From Gemmatimonadales bacterium (lineage in GTDB: Bacteria; Gemmatimonadota; Gemmatimonadetes; Gemmatimonadales; GWC2-71-9), in assembly GCA_037189525.1 (NCBI GenBank), contig JBBCJC010000002.1:512001-576000 (forward strand): a stretch of DNA of 64,000 nt. The letters run 5' to 3'. A model generated the notes under the pieces. That model did not search any database and had not been told where the DNA came from. It saw only the letters and a list, made by a program, of their open reading frames with translations. A program made the translations under genes and the position numbers. Shown here one piece after another: positions 41,817 to 51,597 of this stretch (position 1 is the stretch's first letter; the number at the start of each line of letters is the position of its first letter).

Positions 41817-41860
41817 AAGAAATGGCGGGGAAGTCAATGAGACTTCCCCGCCATTTTCTT
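41817..41860. terminator. Bidirectional intrinsic terminator between the peptide gene and the susD-like gene
   Basis: AATGGCGGGGAAGTC-AATGA-GACTTCCCCGCCATT, a perfect 15-bp stem with A-rich 5' and T-rich 3' flanks. Confidence 0.88.
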
Positions 41861-41886
41861 GTCCTAGCAGACTGTCAGATTAGTGA

Positions 41887-43143
41887 TCAGCCGGGTCCGA
41901 GGTTCGGATTGTTATCACGCTCGGTCCGCGGAATCGGGAAGCAGGTCTGGTCGCTGACCGGGGCAAAGCCCGGCTTCCAGTACGTGCTGCCCGGCACCGG
42001 AACATTCCGTACCGCAGCGCCGTTGCGGCGGAGATCACCCAGCCGCTTGCCTTCCAGGTAGAACTCGACGGCGCGCTGATCTTCGAACTCGGCCAGCACC
42101 GCGGCATCGCCCGTATCTCCGCTGTATGCCGGCTGGTCGTTGGCTGCACGGCGAGCCTGGATCAGGTCGAGCATGGCTGCAGTGCCCTGCGCCTCCGCTG
42201 CGATGTAGTCGGCCTCGAGCTTCGAAGCCAATCGGATCGGCGTCGCGAACCCGGTGTACTTGTTCTGGATCGCGTACGGTATGCCGCGCTGGGTGGCGTA
42301 GGCCGCATCCTGTGGCAGCAGGTTGGACGGCGCGATGCGCCACGGTAACCGCGGATCGTCGATCCGGTACGCCGGGGGGACGGCGTTGGAACCGCGATCG
42401 GCGATGAACTGCCAGATCCGGTTGCCGAGACGGGCACGCTGAGCGAGATCGTCGAAGGTGGTGACATTGTAGACGAAACCCGCCGGCACGGCATTGGCAT
42501 CCGTGAGCGCGTTCGGCTTTCGGCCGGCCTGGAGGTGCGCACGAGCCCGTCCAACCAGCGCCGCACGAGCAATCGAGAGACCCTCCGCGTTGTTGAGCGC
42601 GGTGCCCTGCGTGTTGGCTGCCGTGAAATGGGCGACGGCGGAGTCGAGCAACTGAGCAGTCGACAACTCGGGACCGCTCACCACCGTGCCCGAGCAGAAT
42701 TGCTCGGCCAGGTTGAGGAATGCCCAGCCCAGGGTGTGGTGCGACCGGATGTACGCGACGTTCGATGCCGCATTCGGAAGCTCGATACCCAGGACGAGGT
42801 ACGCCTGGGCAATGCCCTGGTGGACCGGGAACCAAACCTCGTCACGATGGCTGGTATTGGTCGGGTCGACTGCGCGCCGGCCGAACTCGTTCCGGGTCGG
42901 GAACGTTTCCGACACGTCCGACTCTCCGGTGAACCAGCCGGAGTACATGATCAGCCAGCCGTATGCCGCCGAGAAGGACTGCGAGGCCGAGGCCGCCAGA
43001 ACGGGTGCGTCTTCAGGCGGATTGGTGACTTTGACGTCGACCACCGTCGGGTTGGTCACCTGTAGCCACTCGGTGCAACCGCCCAGGCCGAGCCCGAGCG
43101 AGGCGATGGCGAGGGCCCGGGAGAGCGTGTTAGTGCGAATCAT
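41887..43143 (-). CDS. RagB/SusD-like lipoprotein
   Basis: Lipobox LGGC; ARAHLQAG and RAVEFYLEGKRLGDLRR...PIPRTERDNNPNL; directly downstream of the SusC-like gene. Confidence 0.88.
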   Translation of the reverse strand: MIRTNTLSRALAIASLGLGLGGCTEWLQVTNPTVVDVKVTNPPEDAPVLAASASQSFSAAYGWLIMYSGWFTGESDVSETFPTRNEFGRRAVDPTNTSHRDEVWFPVHQGIAQAYLVLGIELPNAASNVAYIRSHHTLGWAFLNLAEQFCSGTVVSGPELSTAQLLDSAVAHFTAANTQGTALNNAEGLSIARAALVGRARAHLQAGRKPNALTDANAVPAGFVYNVTTFDDLAQRARLGNRIWQFIADRGSNAVPPAYRIDDPRLPWRIAPSNLLPQDAAYATQRGIPYAIQNKYTGFATPIRLASKLEADYIAAEAQGTAAMLDLIQARRAANDQPAYSGDTGDAAVLAEFEDQRAVEFYLEGKRLGDLRRNGAAVRNVPVPGSTYWKPGFAPVSDQTCFPIPRTERDNNPNLGPG

Positions 43144-43162
43144 GGTAAGTACGTCTCCCTTG

Positions 43163-46100
43163 TTAGAACTGCGCGTTGAGGCGAACGATGAACCGGCGCG
43201 GCGTCGGCAGCGTCAGGAAGTCCGTCCGCGTGAACGCGTTGAGACCGGTGGCCGCGATGTTTGAGATCACCTCGGGATCGAAGCCCGAGTAATTGGTCCA
43301 CGTCGCCAGATTCTGCCCGGCGAGCGTGATACTGGCGCCCGATGCCCGGAAGGCAGAGGCCAAACCGGTCGGCAGCGTATAGGTGACTGAGACCTCGCGC
43401 AGCTTGAGGAAGTCGCCCTTCTCGACGAACGCGTCACGGACCTCGTTGACCGTAGCGGTGGTCGGGAAGCCCGACACGAGGCGTTCCCGCACGAAAGCGG
43501 GCTGCCCTGCGGTCGGATTGCCGTACCGGCGCAGTCGCTCGAGACGGGACAGCTTGTCCGGGTCGAGCCGGTTGTCGCTGCGGACCGACTGCGTTTCCCG
43601 GAAGAAGGCGGTGTTGTTGTAGATGTAGAAATCGCCCTTGCCGTCGAGCGACGCATAGAGCCGGAGGTTCCGGAACAGCGTCAGGTTCGTAGAAAAGTTG
43701 CCTTCGTACGCCGGGTTGAGGTTGCCGATCGGCTCGAGGTCGTCGGATACGGTCACGATACCGGTTGTCTCGTCGATGCTGCGGATCCGGTTGCCGACGA
43801 AAACGCCCGGCTGCTGTCCCTCCATGAACCGGTTGGTCGTGCCGAAGGGGAGGATCCCACCCATATCCGTGATCTTGCTGTCGAGCGTCGAGAAGCCGAC
43901 GCGGAAATCCCAACCCAGGTTCTGGGACGAGATCGGCTGCGCCGTGAAGGCCACTTCGAGGCCCTTGTTCTTCAGCTCGCCGATGTTGACGAACGGATTG
44001 AACGAGTAGCCCTCGGAACCGGGCAACGGCCGCTCCAGCAGCAGGTCTTTCGAGGTCTTGACGTAGTACGTCATTTCGAGGCCGACGCGGTCGTTGAGGA
44101 ACCCGGCGTCGAACCCGAACTCGATCTCTTCGCCCCGCTCGGCTTTGAGGCTGTCATTCCCCGGGTTCCGGAGAATAGCGCCCTGTTGCACAGCGCCGCC
44201 CAGCATATAGGGGGTCGCGGTGAGCGTATTCAGGGACGCCCCCGGGCTCGGGGATCGACCAGAGACGCCATACGCCGCCCGCAAGCGGAAGGTGTTGATG
44301 AGGCCGAGGTTCCACCACGGCTCCTGCGAGATCACGTACGAAATACCAGCCTTGGGCAGGAAGAACCACTCGGACGTGTTACCGAACGAGGAGTTGGCAT
44401 CCATACGGGCGCCGACGTTGACCGTAAGCCGGTCGTTGAGCGTCGTCTGCCACTGGCCGAAGAAGCCGACCGACTTGGTCCGGGCGTAGTTCTGACTCGC
44501 GCTGCGGCTTGCGGCCCCGCCGATCGTGTTGTTGCTGTTGACGGCCAAACCAAGTCCGCTTGAAGAGATCTGGTCGAAACGATGGTCTACCAGCTGGGCG
44601 CCGAGCGAGAGGTTGTGCGCCAGGTTTTCGCCCGTCGTGAGCCGCATGTCGCTCAGATAGTCGACGGTGTATCGCTCTTCGCCGTTGCGAAGCTCATCGA
44701 TCGCGCCCGTATTGGTAGTACCCTGATACGAGCCGAGCGAGTTTCTCGGATAGAAGGTCCGCGCCTCGTCCTTGATCCAGTCGGCGCCGACCGTGAACCG
44801 GTTGCTCCACCAGGAGGTCGGCACGAAGTTGGCCTGGAACGAGGCGATGGTCCGGTGCGTCTGCCGGCCGTTCTCGATGGCGGCGATCGCTGCGACCTGG
44901 CGTGCGAAGCCGAACCAGCCGTCCTCGCTGCGATCCGGACCGACCGAGTCGTTGCGCGTGAGCGGCGTGCCGAGATGGCTTCCGCCCAGCCAGCCGTAGA
45001 CGTTGTTGTCGTTCTGCGGCAGAGCGAAGTTTGCGCGGTTCATGCCGAAGCTGGCGTTCAACGTCAGCTTGGACGAAGGTGTCCAGTTGAGGTTGGCACG
45101 CCCGTTCCGACGGTCGAACTCGTTGTTGAGCGTGGTGCCGCGCTCGGTCTCGTAGCCGCCGTGCAGGAAGTACCCGAAGTTGGTCCCGTTACCGCCGGTC
45201 CCGCTCCAGGAAAGGCCCTTGGTATCGCCGGTGCGCAGCGCGTTGGTTCGCTTGAGCGGGTTGTCGCTCACGAGCGTTCCCGCCGCCTGCCCGCGGCAGA
45301 GGGGATTCGGGCTCGACGGCGCGACCAGGGCCGGGGTGCAGTTCCCGAAGTTGTCGAGCGGCTCGAAATTGGCGTCGATCGAGTGATACTCCAGCCCGAT
45401 GTCCTGCGAGAACCGGTTGTTTCCGATCCGGCCGCGCTTGGTAATGATCTGGATCACGCCGGCCGCGGCATCGGCACCGTACAGCGCGCTCGCTGCGGGA
45501 CCTTTGACGACCTCGATCGATTCGATCTCCTTCGGGTTGAGCTCGCTCAAGCGCGACGTGGTCTGGCCGCCGGCACCATACTGCGACGGATTGTTGGCTG
45601 CCATCAGGATGCCGTCGATGACGACGAGCGGCTCGTTGGAAAGCGAGAGCGACGCATTCCCCCGGATCCGGATCTGCGACGCGGCGCCGGACGTGCCCGA
45701 TCCCACGCTGACCTGTACGCCCGGAACCCGCGACTGCAGGATCTCAGCGAAGGTGCGCACCGGTGCGGTCCGTACGATGTCGGTGACGCCGATTTCGGCG
45801 ACGCTCGCCGCCTGTGCACTGCGACGGGTGTCGCCGGCCGTGCCGGATACGATCACTTCGTCGAGCGTGACGACCGATGCGGTCAGCGTGAAATTGGCGG
45901 TGGCAGTGCCGCCGGCCGCTAGCGTGACCGTCTGATCGCCACCGCGATAACCGATCCGCCGGACTGAAAGCGTAACCTGCCCGGCCGGCACGTTGACCAG
46001 GCGATAGTTGCCGCGCGGGTCCGAGGTGGTCTGAAGTACCGACCCGGCAACGCTGATCCGCGCGTCAGACAGCGGTTGCCCGGTCGCCTGGTCGGTCACA

Positions 46101-46195
46101 GTTCCGGTAATCGTACCGGAATTCTGACCGACGAGTGGCGGTGCGACCGCCGCCAGAGCGATCAACGCTCCGACCCAACGTAGTTTTCCCCTCAT
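43163..46195 (-). CDS. SusC/RagA-like TonB-dependent transporter
   Basis: IRIRGNASL, PLVVIDG, IESIEVVKGPAASALYGADAAAGVIQIITKRG and NLATWTNYSGFDPE; terminal Phe. Confidence 0.95.
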   Translation of the reverse strand: MRGKLRWVGALIALAAVAPPLVGQNSGTITGTVTDQATGQPLSDARISVAGSVLQTTSDPRGNYRLVNVPAGQVTLSVRRIGYRGGDQTVTLAAGGTATANFTLTASVVTLDEVIVSGTAGDTRRSAQAASVAEIGVTDIVRTAPVRTFAEILQSRVPGVQVSVGSGTSGAASQIRIRGNASLSLSNEPLVVIDGILMAANNPSQYGAGGQTTSRLSELNPKEIESIEVVKGPAASALYGADAAAGVIQIITKRGRIGNNRFSQDIGLEYHSIDANFEPLDNFGNCTPALVAPSSPNPLCRGQAAGTLVSDNPLKRTNALRTGDTKGLSWSGTGGNGTNFGYFLHGGYETERGTTLNNEFDRRNGRANLNWTPSSKLTLNASFGMNRANFALPQNDNNVYGWLGGSHLGTPLTRNDSVGPDRSEDGWFGFARQVAAIAAIENGRQTHRTIASFQANFVPTSWWSNRFTVGADWIKDEARTFYPRNSLGSYQGTTNTGAIDELRNGEERYTVDYLSDMRLTTGENLAHNLSLGAQLVDHRFDQISSSGLGLAVNSNNTIGGAASRSASQNYARTKSVGFFGQWQTTLNDRLTVNVGARMDANSSFGNTSEWFFLPKAGISYVISQEPWWNLGLINTFRLRAAYGVSGRSPSPGASLNTLTATPYMLGGAVQQGAILRNPGNDSLKAERGEEIEFGFDAGFLNDRVGLEMTYYVKTSKDLLLERPLPGSEGYSFNPFVNIGELKNKGLEVAFTAQPISSQNLGWDFRVGFSTLDSKITDMGGILPFGTTNRFMEGQQPGVFVGNRIRSIDETTGIVTVSDDLEPIGNLNPAYEGNFSTNLTLFRNLRLYASLDGKGDFYIYNNTAFFRETQSVRSDNRLDPDKLSRLERLRRYGNPTAGQPAFVRERLVSGFPTTATVNEVRDAFVEKGDFLKLREVSVTYTLPTGLASAFRASGASITLAGQNLATWTNYSGFDPEVISNIAATGLNAFTRTDFLTLPTPRRFIVRLNAQF

Positions 46196-46485
46196 TGTCC
46201 AATCCCTTGTGCTGAAGGTGGTCCACCCCCCGCCGGTGACGACAAGCCGTCACACGAGGTCAAACGCCAGTTGCGGCGCAAGCCTCTCCATGCGGGTTTT
46301 AGAATCCCGACCATGAGAGTCGCGATTCCTAGCGGCTTCGCGGTTCGAAGCCGAATTTCAATTGTCGTGTTTAGACGTGTGAGAGCAAACGTCTGCGGCC
46401 TGTTCGGTCCCGTCGGACCAGCCGCTTGACGACTTAAGCTAACACTTGGCGCGAAACTGCGGAAGAGTCCAAATGGACTAACTCA

Positions 46486-46495
46486 TTGTATACAA
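46486..46495. promoter_or_regulatory. TTGTATACAA palindrome (GntR-like operator) upstream of susC
   Basis: Perfect 10-bp palindrome in the AT-rich stretch just past the amidase stop. Confidence 0.4.
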
Positions 46496-46500
46496 ATTGA

Positions 46501-47901
46501 TTACCGGGCCAATTGGGCAGCTGGCGCAGGCCAGGCGGTATGCCAGGCCGTCACGCGCTGGTAGGCAGCACCCAGGCCCAGAACCATGGGATCCCGACCC
46601 CACCCGCCGATCAGTTGCAACCCGATCGGCAGCCCGGACCGGGTTATGCCGCACGGCAGGGCCAGGGCCGGGACGCCCGTCAGGTTCTGTGGGGCGTTGT
46701 ACCGGCAGAACCCCTCGGCCAGGGAGACGCGAGTGCGACCCAGCTTCAGGGTGGTACTGGAGAGGCGCGGCGCTTCGACCGGGAGCACGGCGCCCACCAG
46801 CGCGTCGACCTCGCCAAAAACACTGTTATACGCCGAGATCAGTTCGAGCCGGACGGCCTCGGCCTGTACCAATTCGAGCCCGCTGACCCGATAACCGCCT
46901 TTCAGCCGCGAAAGAACGTTAGGCCCGTAGCCCTTGGGGTTTTTCCGAATCATCGCATCGTGATAACTGATGGCTTCGGCAAGGACGATGACCCGAGAGG
47001 CTTCGAGCGCGGGCTCGAGTTCGGGAATATCGACGGCGACGAGACGGGCCCCCAGTCGTTCGAATTCCTTGAGCGCCGCCTCGATGGCCCGGGCAACCTC
47101 ACGATCGACGTCCCGCAAGAAAAACTCGGAGACACCGATCCGCGGCCGGCGGGGGGTCCGATCGACCGCGCGGAGCACTTCCGCGAGCCGGGCGCGTCCG
47201 CCAGCCATCACACCGAACATCACCGCCGCATCCTCGACCGAGCGCGTGATCGGCCCGACGTGATCAAGCGACGCCGCCAGCGGAAAGACCCCGTCCGACG
47301 AGACCGCACCGTAGGTCGGCTTGAACCCGACGACTCCGCAGCAGGCCGCCGGAATCCGGATCGAGCCGCGGGTGTCGGTGCCGACCGAGCCCAGTCCCAT
47401 CCCGACCGCAACCGCGACCGCCGACCCGCCGCTCGATCCGCCCGCGATCCGCGCCGGGTCCCACGGATTGCGCGCAGGGCCGAAATGCTCGTTGACGGTG
47501 GTGACCCCCAGCGCCACTTCGTGGAGATTGGCCTTGCCGATGATGGCTGCCCCGGCCCGCCGGAGTCGGGCAACCACCGGCGCATCGGCTGCCGCCGGCA
47601 GACCGTCGGGTACGATCCGGGAGCCCAGCGTGGTCACCGCATCGCGGGTCAGGATCAGGTCTTTGACCGAGATCGGGACGCCGGCCAGAGGACCGACCAC
47701 GCGCTTGGCCATGACCGTGCGCTCGACCCTACGGGCCGAGGCCAGCGCGGAGTCGACCGACAGACTGAGCAACGCATTGAGTTTGGGATTGGTGGCTCCG
47801 ACCCGGGCCAGGGCGGCCTCGACCAGTTCGACCGGGGAAACCTGCCGGCGGGACACGGCGCGGGCGGCGGCCCGAAGCCCAAGCTGCATCAGATCGGTCA
47901 T
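46501..47901 (-). CDS. Amidase signature family enzyme (GatA/AtzE-like)
   Basis: GVPISVKD, GGSSGGS and GTDTRGSIRIPAACCGVVGFKPTYG. Confidence 0.92.
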   Translation of the reverse strand: MTDLMQLGLRAAARAVSRRQVSPVELVEAALARVGATNPKLNALLSLSVDSALASARRVERTVMAKRVVGPLAGVPISVKDLILTRDAVTTLGSRIVPDGLPAAADAPVVARLRRAGAAIIGKANLHEVALGVTTVNEHFGPARNPWDPARIAGGSSGGSAVAVAVGMGLGSVGTDTRGSIRIPAACCGVVGFKPTYGAVSSDGVFPLAASLDHVGPITRSVEDAAVMFGVMAGGRARLAEVLRAVDRTPRRPRIGVSEFFLRDVDREVARAIEAALKEFERLGARLVAVDIPELEPALEASRVIVLAEAISYHDAMIRKNPKGYGPNVLSRLKGGYRVSGLELVQAEAVRLELISAYNSVFGEVDALVGAVLPVEAPRLSSTTLKLGRTRVSLAEGFCRYNAPQNLTGVPALALPCGITRSGLPIGLQLIGGWGRDPMVLGLGAAYQRVTAWHTAWPAPAAQLAR

Positions 47902-48037
47902 GAGGCGTGTATCATAGGTCAGGGAGGCGAATAGTAATCCCGCCCGCGCGGCCGTAGGGGGAGGGGCGTCCCCTCATGTCATATTTCCGGCAGGGGCACG
48001 GCGGCCCGTCCGTTCAATGGAGTGGAGTGAGGAGACT

Positions 48038-48574
48038 ATGCAGAAGGTCTGGACGATCGGCTTGGCGCTTGGACTGGTCACCGGTGTGGCGTCGCAGGTG
48101 GCCGCCCAGGAGGAACCGCCCCGCGAGCGGCGGCGCGAGGAACAGAAGCCCAAGGACGTCAAACTGAAGCTGCGCCTGGACCAGAAGCTCAAGTTCATGG
48201 CCGGCTGCTGGGAAGGCACGATGGGCAAGGATCAGATCGTCGAAGAGATCTGGACCAACCCGTCCGAAAACCTGATGACGTCGACCACGCGCTATCTCAA
48301 CAAGGGCCGGGCCGTCTCGTACGAGTTCAGTCGGATCGTGTCGACCGATACATCGGTGACCTTCTCGGCGTCAACCGAAGGCAAGCCGTTCGATTCGTAC
48401 GAAATGGTCCAGCAGGTCGATGACTACGTCGTCTTCGAGAACAAGGCCAAGTCGTTTCCGCAGCGGATCATCTACCGCAAGGCCGCGGACGGCAGCCTGA
48501 TTCCCCGCAACGAGGGCGAAGGGCAAACCAGCATCGAAGTTCGCCTCAGCAAAGTGAAGTGCCCCGGTACCTGA
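48038..48574 (+). CDS. Exported hypothetical protein (DUF6265-like)
   Basis: GAGGAG RBS, signal peptide, and FMAGCWEG...EEIW...VFENKAKSFPQRIIY. Confidence 0.75.
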   Translation: MQKVWTIGLALGLVTGVASQVAAQEEPPRERRREEQKPKDVKLKLRLDQKLKFMAGCWEGTMGKDQIVEEIWTNPSENLMTSTTRYLNKGRAVSYEFSRIVSTDTSVTFSASTEGKPFDSYEMVQQVDDYVVFENKAKSFPQRIIYRKAADGSLIPRNEGEGQTSIEVRLSKVKCPGT

Positions 48575-48577
48575 GCA

Positions 48578-49645
48578 CTACTGCCATCGGAAGATCTTGA
48601 GGGCCAGGCCCAGCGTGATCACGAGCCACGCCGCCAGCACGGCCAGCTCGTGGCCCAGCGATGCCAGGCCCGCCCCTTCGAGCATGGTAGCGCGTAGTGC
48701 ATCGTTGGCGGCGGTGAGCGGCAGCAGCTTGATGAAGGGCTGCATCGCGTCGGGGAAGTTGCCCGACGAGAAAAAGACGCCCGACAACACCCACATCGGC
48801 AGCATGGTCAGGTTCATCAGCCCCGAGGCCGCTTCGATCGTTTTGGGGCGCGCGGCTACCAGCAGGCCCATCCCGCTGAACGCCATCGATCCCAGCAGCG
48901 CCACCACGGTGAGCGTGGCGAGCGAGCCCCGGAACGGCACTCCGAACACCAGCATGCCCATCCCGACCAGAAAACCAACCTCGATGGCCAGGAGCGATAG
49001 CCGGCTCAGTACGAAAGCGCCGAGATAGTCGAGCCGGCGCATCGGCGTGGCGACGAAGCGCTTGAGCAGCTTCTTGCGGCGCTGGTCGACCACCGTAAAC
49101 CCGATGCCCCACATGCTGCTGGCCATCAGGTTCATGCCCAGCAAGCCGGGGATGAGAAAGTCGATATAACGCGATCCCGGTTCACGCACCAGCGCGTCGG
49201 TCGTGGCGACGAGGTCGGTCCGGCCGGCCGCCCGTTGCAGCGCATCGTCGGCGAGGCGGCGGGCGGACGCTCCTTCGGCGCGGGTATCGTCGAAGCGATA
49301 TTCGACCGTTCCCGACGGCTCCGGCACCACGACCAGGGCGACTTTGCCGGTGCGCAGTTCGCGAGCCGCGGTACTATCGTCCTGGAAGGTACGCAGGTCG
49401 ATCTGGGTGCTCTGTCTGAGTCCCTCGATCGTAGCGGCGCTTCCCGCGCGCTCGATCACGCCGATCTTGACCACCTCGGGTGGCCGGCTCCGGAACGCGA
49501 TGCCCAGTGCCCCCGCCATGATGAGCGGAAAGATGAAGGTCCAGAAGACCGCTTCGGGTTCCCGATAGAACTCGCGATAGCGGGCCAGCGTGAGTTGTAC
49601 CAGCGCGCGGTCACGCCAGCGGCGGGGTGCGGAGCCGTCAGCCAT
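48578..49645 (-). CDS. ABC-2 type exporter permease
   Basis: REPEAVFWTFIFP, RYIDFLIPGL and LSGVFFS; six TM segments. Confidence 0.9.
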   Translation of the reverse strand: MADGSAPRRWRDRALVQLTLARYREFYREPEAVFWTFIFPLIMAGALGIAFRSRPPEVVKIGVIERAGSAATIEGLRQSTQIDLRTFQDDSTAARELRTGKVALVVVPEPSGTVEYRFDDTRAEGASARRLADDALQRAAGRTDLVATTDALVREPGSRYIDFLIPGLLGMNLMASSMWGIGFTVVDQRRKKLLKRFVATPMRRLDYLGAFVLSRLSLLAIEVGFLVGMGMLVFGVPFRGSLATLTVVALLGSMAFSGMGLLVAARPKTIEAASGLMNLTMLPMWVLSGVFFSSGNFPDAMQPFIKLLPLTAANDALRATMLEGAGLASLGHELAVLAAWLVITLGLALKIFRWQ

Positions 49646-50582
49646 CGCGCAGGTGCCTTCCGGTCAGGTGGACGAACACGTCTTCCAGTGTCGCGCTGTG
49701 TGTTGCAAGGTCGGTCAGGGTCGCGCCGCGCCGTTCGAGCAGCGCCAGGAGCGCGGGAACGGCCTCGTGAATCAGCGTTACATCGAGCTGCCGGCGACCG
49801 TCCGTGGCCCGCGCAGCGGTAACGCCCGGGAGGGCCGTCAGCTCCGCATCGGCCGGCATGGTTGCCGCGTCTTCGAGTCCGAACTCGACCACGTGCTCGG
49901 TGCCCAGCAAGCCGATTAGTTCGCGCGGCGTACCGAGTGCGATGATCCGCCCGTGGTCGACGATGCCGACCCGGTCGCAGAGGTGTTCGGCCTCGTCCAT
50001 ATAGTGGGTCGTGATGATGACGGTCCGCCCTTCGGCCTTGAATTGCTCGATCAGGCTCCAGAGCTGGCGGCGCGACTGCGGATCGAGCCCGGTCGTGGGT
50101 TCGTCGAGAAAGAAGAGCTCGGGGTCGCCGACCAGCGCACAGGCAATGGCCAGACGCTGTTTCTGTCCGCCCGACAGTCCGCCGACCCGCGCATTGCGCT
50201 TTTCGCCGAGTTGAACCGCGGCGAGAACTTCCTCGACTGCCCGCCGTTTGGGATAGAGACTATGGAACAGCTCCAGCGTCTCGATCACCGTCAGCTTCTC
50301 GGCCAGCTGGGTTTCCTGCAGCGAGATACCGATCGCGGCGCGAATGGCTCGTGGCTGTTCGCGGTGGGTCATGCCCAGCACGCGAACCTCGCCTTCGTCG
50401 GGCTCGTTCAGGCCTTCGCAGATTTCGATCGTGGTCGTCTTGCCGGCGCCGTTAGGCCCGAGCAGACCGAAGCACTCGCCTCGGGGCACCTCGAGGTCGA
50501 GGCCCGCCACGGCAACGACATCGCGATATCGCTTGACGAGACCGCGAATCGATAACGCGGGCCCGGAACTCGGAGACACCAT
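49638..50582 (-). CDS. ABC exporter ATP-binding protein
   Basis: GPNGAGKTT, LSGGQ, FLDEPTTGLD and TTHYMDEA. Confidence 0.95.
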   Translation of the reverse strand: MVSPSSGPALSIRGLVKRYRDVVAVAGLDLEVPRGECFGLLGPNGAGKTTTIEICEGLNEPDEGEVRVLGMTHREQPRAIRAAIGISLQETQLAEKLTVIETLELFHSLYPKRRAVEEVLAAVQLGEKRNARVGGLSGGQKQRLAIACALVGDPELFFLDEPTTGLDPQSRRQLWSLIEQFKAEGRTVIITTHYMDEAEHLCDRVGIVDHGRIIALGTPRELIGLLGTEHVVEFGLEDAATMPADAELTALPGVTAARATDGRRQLDVTLIHEAVPALLALLERRGATLTDLATHSATLEDVFVHLTGRHLRDG

Positions 50583-50662
50583 GAGCAGTTGCGCCGGTCA
50601 AACGGGCATGAACGGTAATCGGGAGGCCGGATGTAGGCTATTACACACCCGGCCTTCTGCCA

Positions 50663-50965
50663 CTATTGGAGCGGAACCGCCTGACGATCCGACGCCGTTG
50701 GCCGATGCTGCGCCAGCAAACGCTCGGTGAAGTCGAGCCGATTCTCGAGTTCGGCCACCCGGCTGTGCAGCAGATCGACATCGGCCAGCCGCTCGTCGAG
50801 TTCATGGCGCAGGCTGGTGATCTCGCGCTGCGACCGATCGAGCGCCGAGTTGGCGAGGCCGAGTTCGCGCTTGACGCCGCGGCCGCTGCCTCGGATCGAG
50901 GGGAGCACCACGAAGAAGAACACCATCAGCCAGAACCAGGGGATCCCTGAAAAATCGATGCTCAT
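50663..50965 (-). CDS. Small single-TM coiled-coil hypothetical protein
   Basis: TM helix followed by RVAELENRLDFTERLL; ATGA overlap with the padR stop. Confidence 0.75.
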   Translation of the reverse strand: MSIDFSGIPWFWLMVFFFVVLPSIRGSGRGVKRELGLANSALDRSQREITSLRHELDERLADVDLLHSRVAELENRLDFTERLLAQHRPTASDRQAVPLQ

Positions 50966-51558
50966 CGCCCGCCTCCGGTCGAGGTGCGCTCCCATTCCGC
51001 TTCGATGTCACGCGCCGCCTGGTTCAGGATCTCGACGATCCGCTGGACCGACGGGTGATCCGGTCCCAGTCGCCAGGCGCGTTTGTAGGTCAGGGCTGCA
51101 AGCTTCGCGAAAGCCTGGTTGAGGTCGGCCATATGGCCGCCCGCGAAGTCGCGCACGGTGTCGCGGACCCGGTCGAAGATGTCGTCGAGCACGCCCTGGT
51201 TCTCATCCAGGAACCGCTCGCCCTCGGGGGTGATGTGATAGACCTTCTTGCCGCTCTCCTCGACCGCGCGGACGTAGCCCTGGTCTTCCAGGAGCTGCAG
51301 GGTCGGATAGACCGTACCAGCGGATGGGGTATAGCACCCGGCCAGTCGCTCTTCCAGGGCCTTGATGATCTCGTAGCCGTGACGCGGCTTTTCCCGGATC
51401 AGCCGGAGGATCACGAACTTCACCTCGCCGGATTCGAAGATCTGGCGCCGGCGCCGGCCCTTGGAACCGCCGGTCCCGAACCGGAACTCGAACTGGCCCG
51501 GATCGAACGAAAACCCGAACAGGTTACCTAAACCCCAGTCATCATTACGCTTGGACAT
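50962..51558 (-). CDS. PadR-family transcriptional regulator (YqjI-like long type)
   Basis: FESGEVKFVILRLIREKPRHGYEIIKAL and YTPSAGTVYPTLQLLED. Confidence 0.9.
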   Translation of the reverse strand: MSKRNDDWGLGNLFGFSFDPGQFEFRFGTGGSKGRRRRQIFESGEVKFVILRLIREKPRHGYEIIKALEERLAGCYTPSAGTVYPTLQLLEDQGYVRAVEESGKKVYHITPEGERFLDENQGVLDDIFDRVRDTVRDFAGGHMADLNQAFAKLAALTYKRAWRLGPDHPSVQRIVEILNQAARDIEAEWERTSTGGGR

Positions 51559-51597
51559 ACCAGGTCTCCTTCGAATCCCCAACAAAGATCCTCTGTG

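Noticed and set aside
46501..47901. Calling the amidase gatA
   Set aside because: No gatC or gatB is adjacent and the sequence supports only a family-level amidase call.
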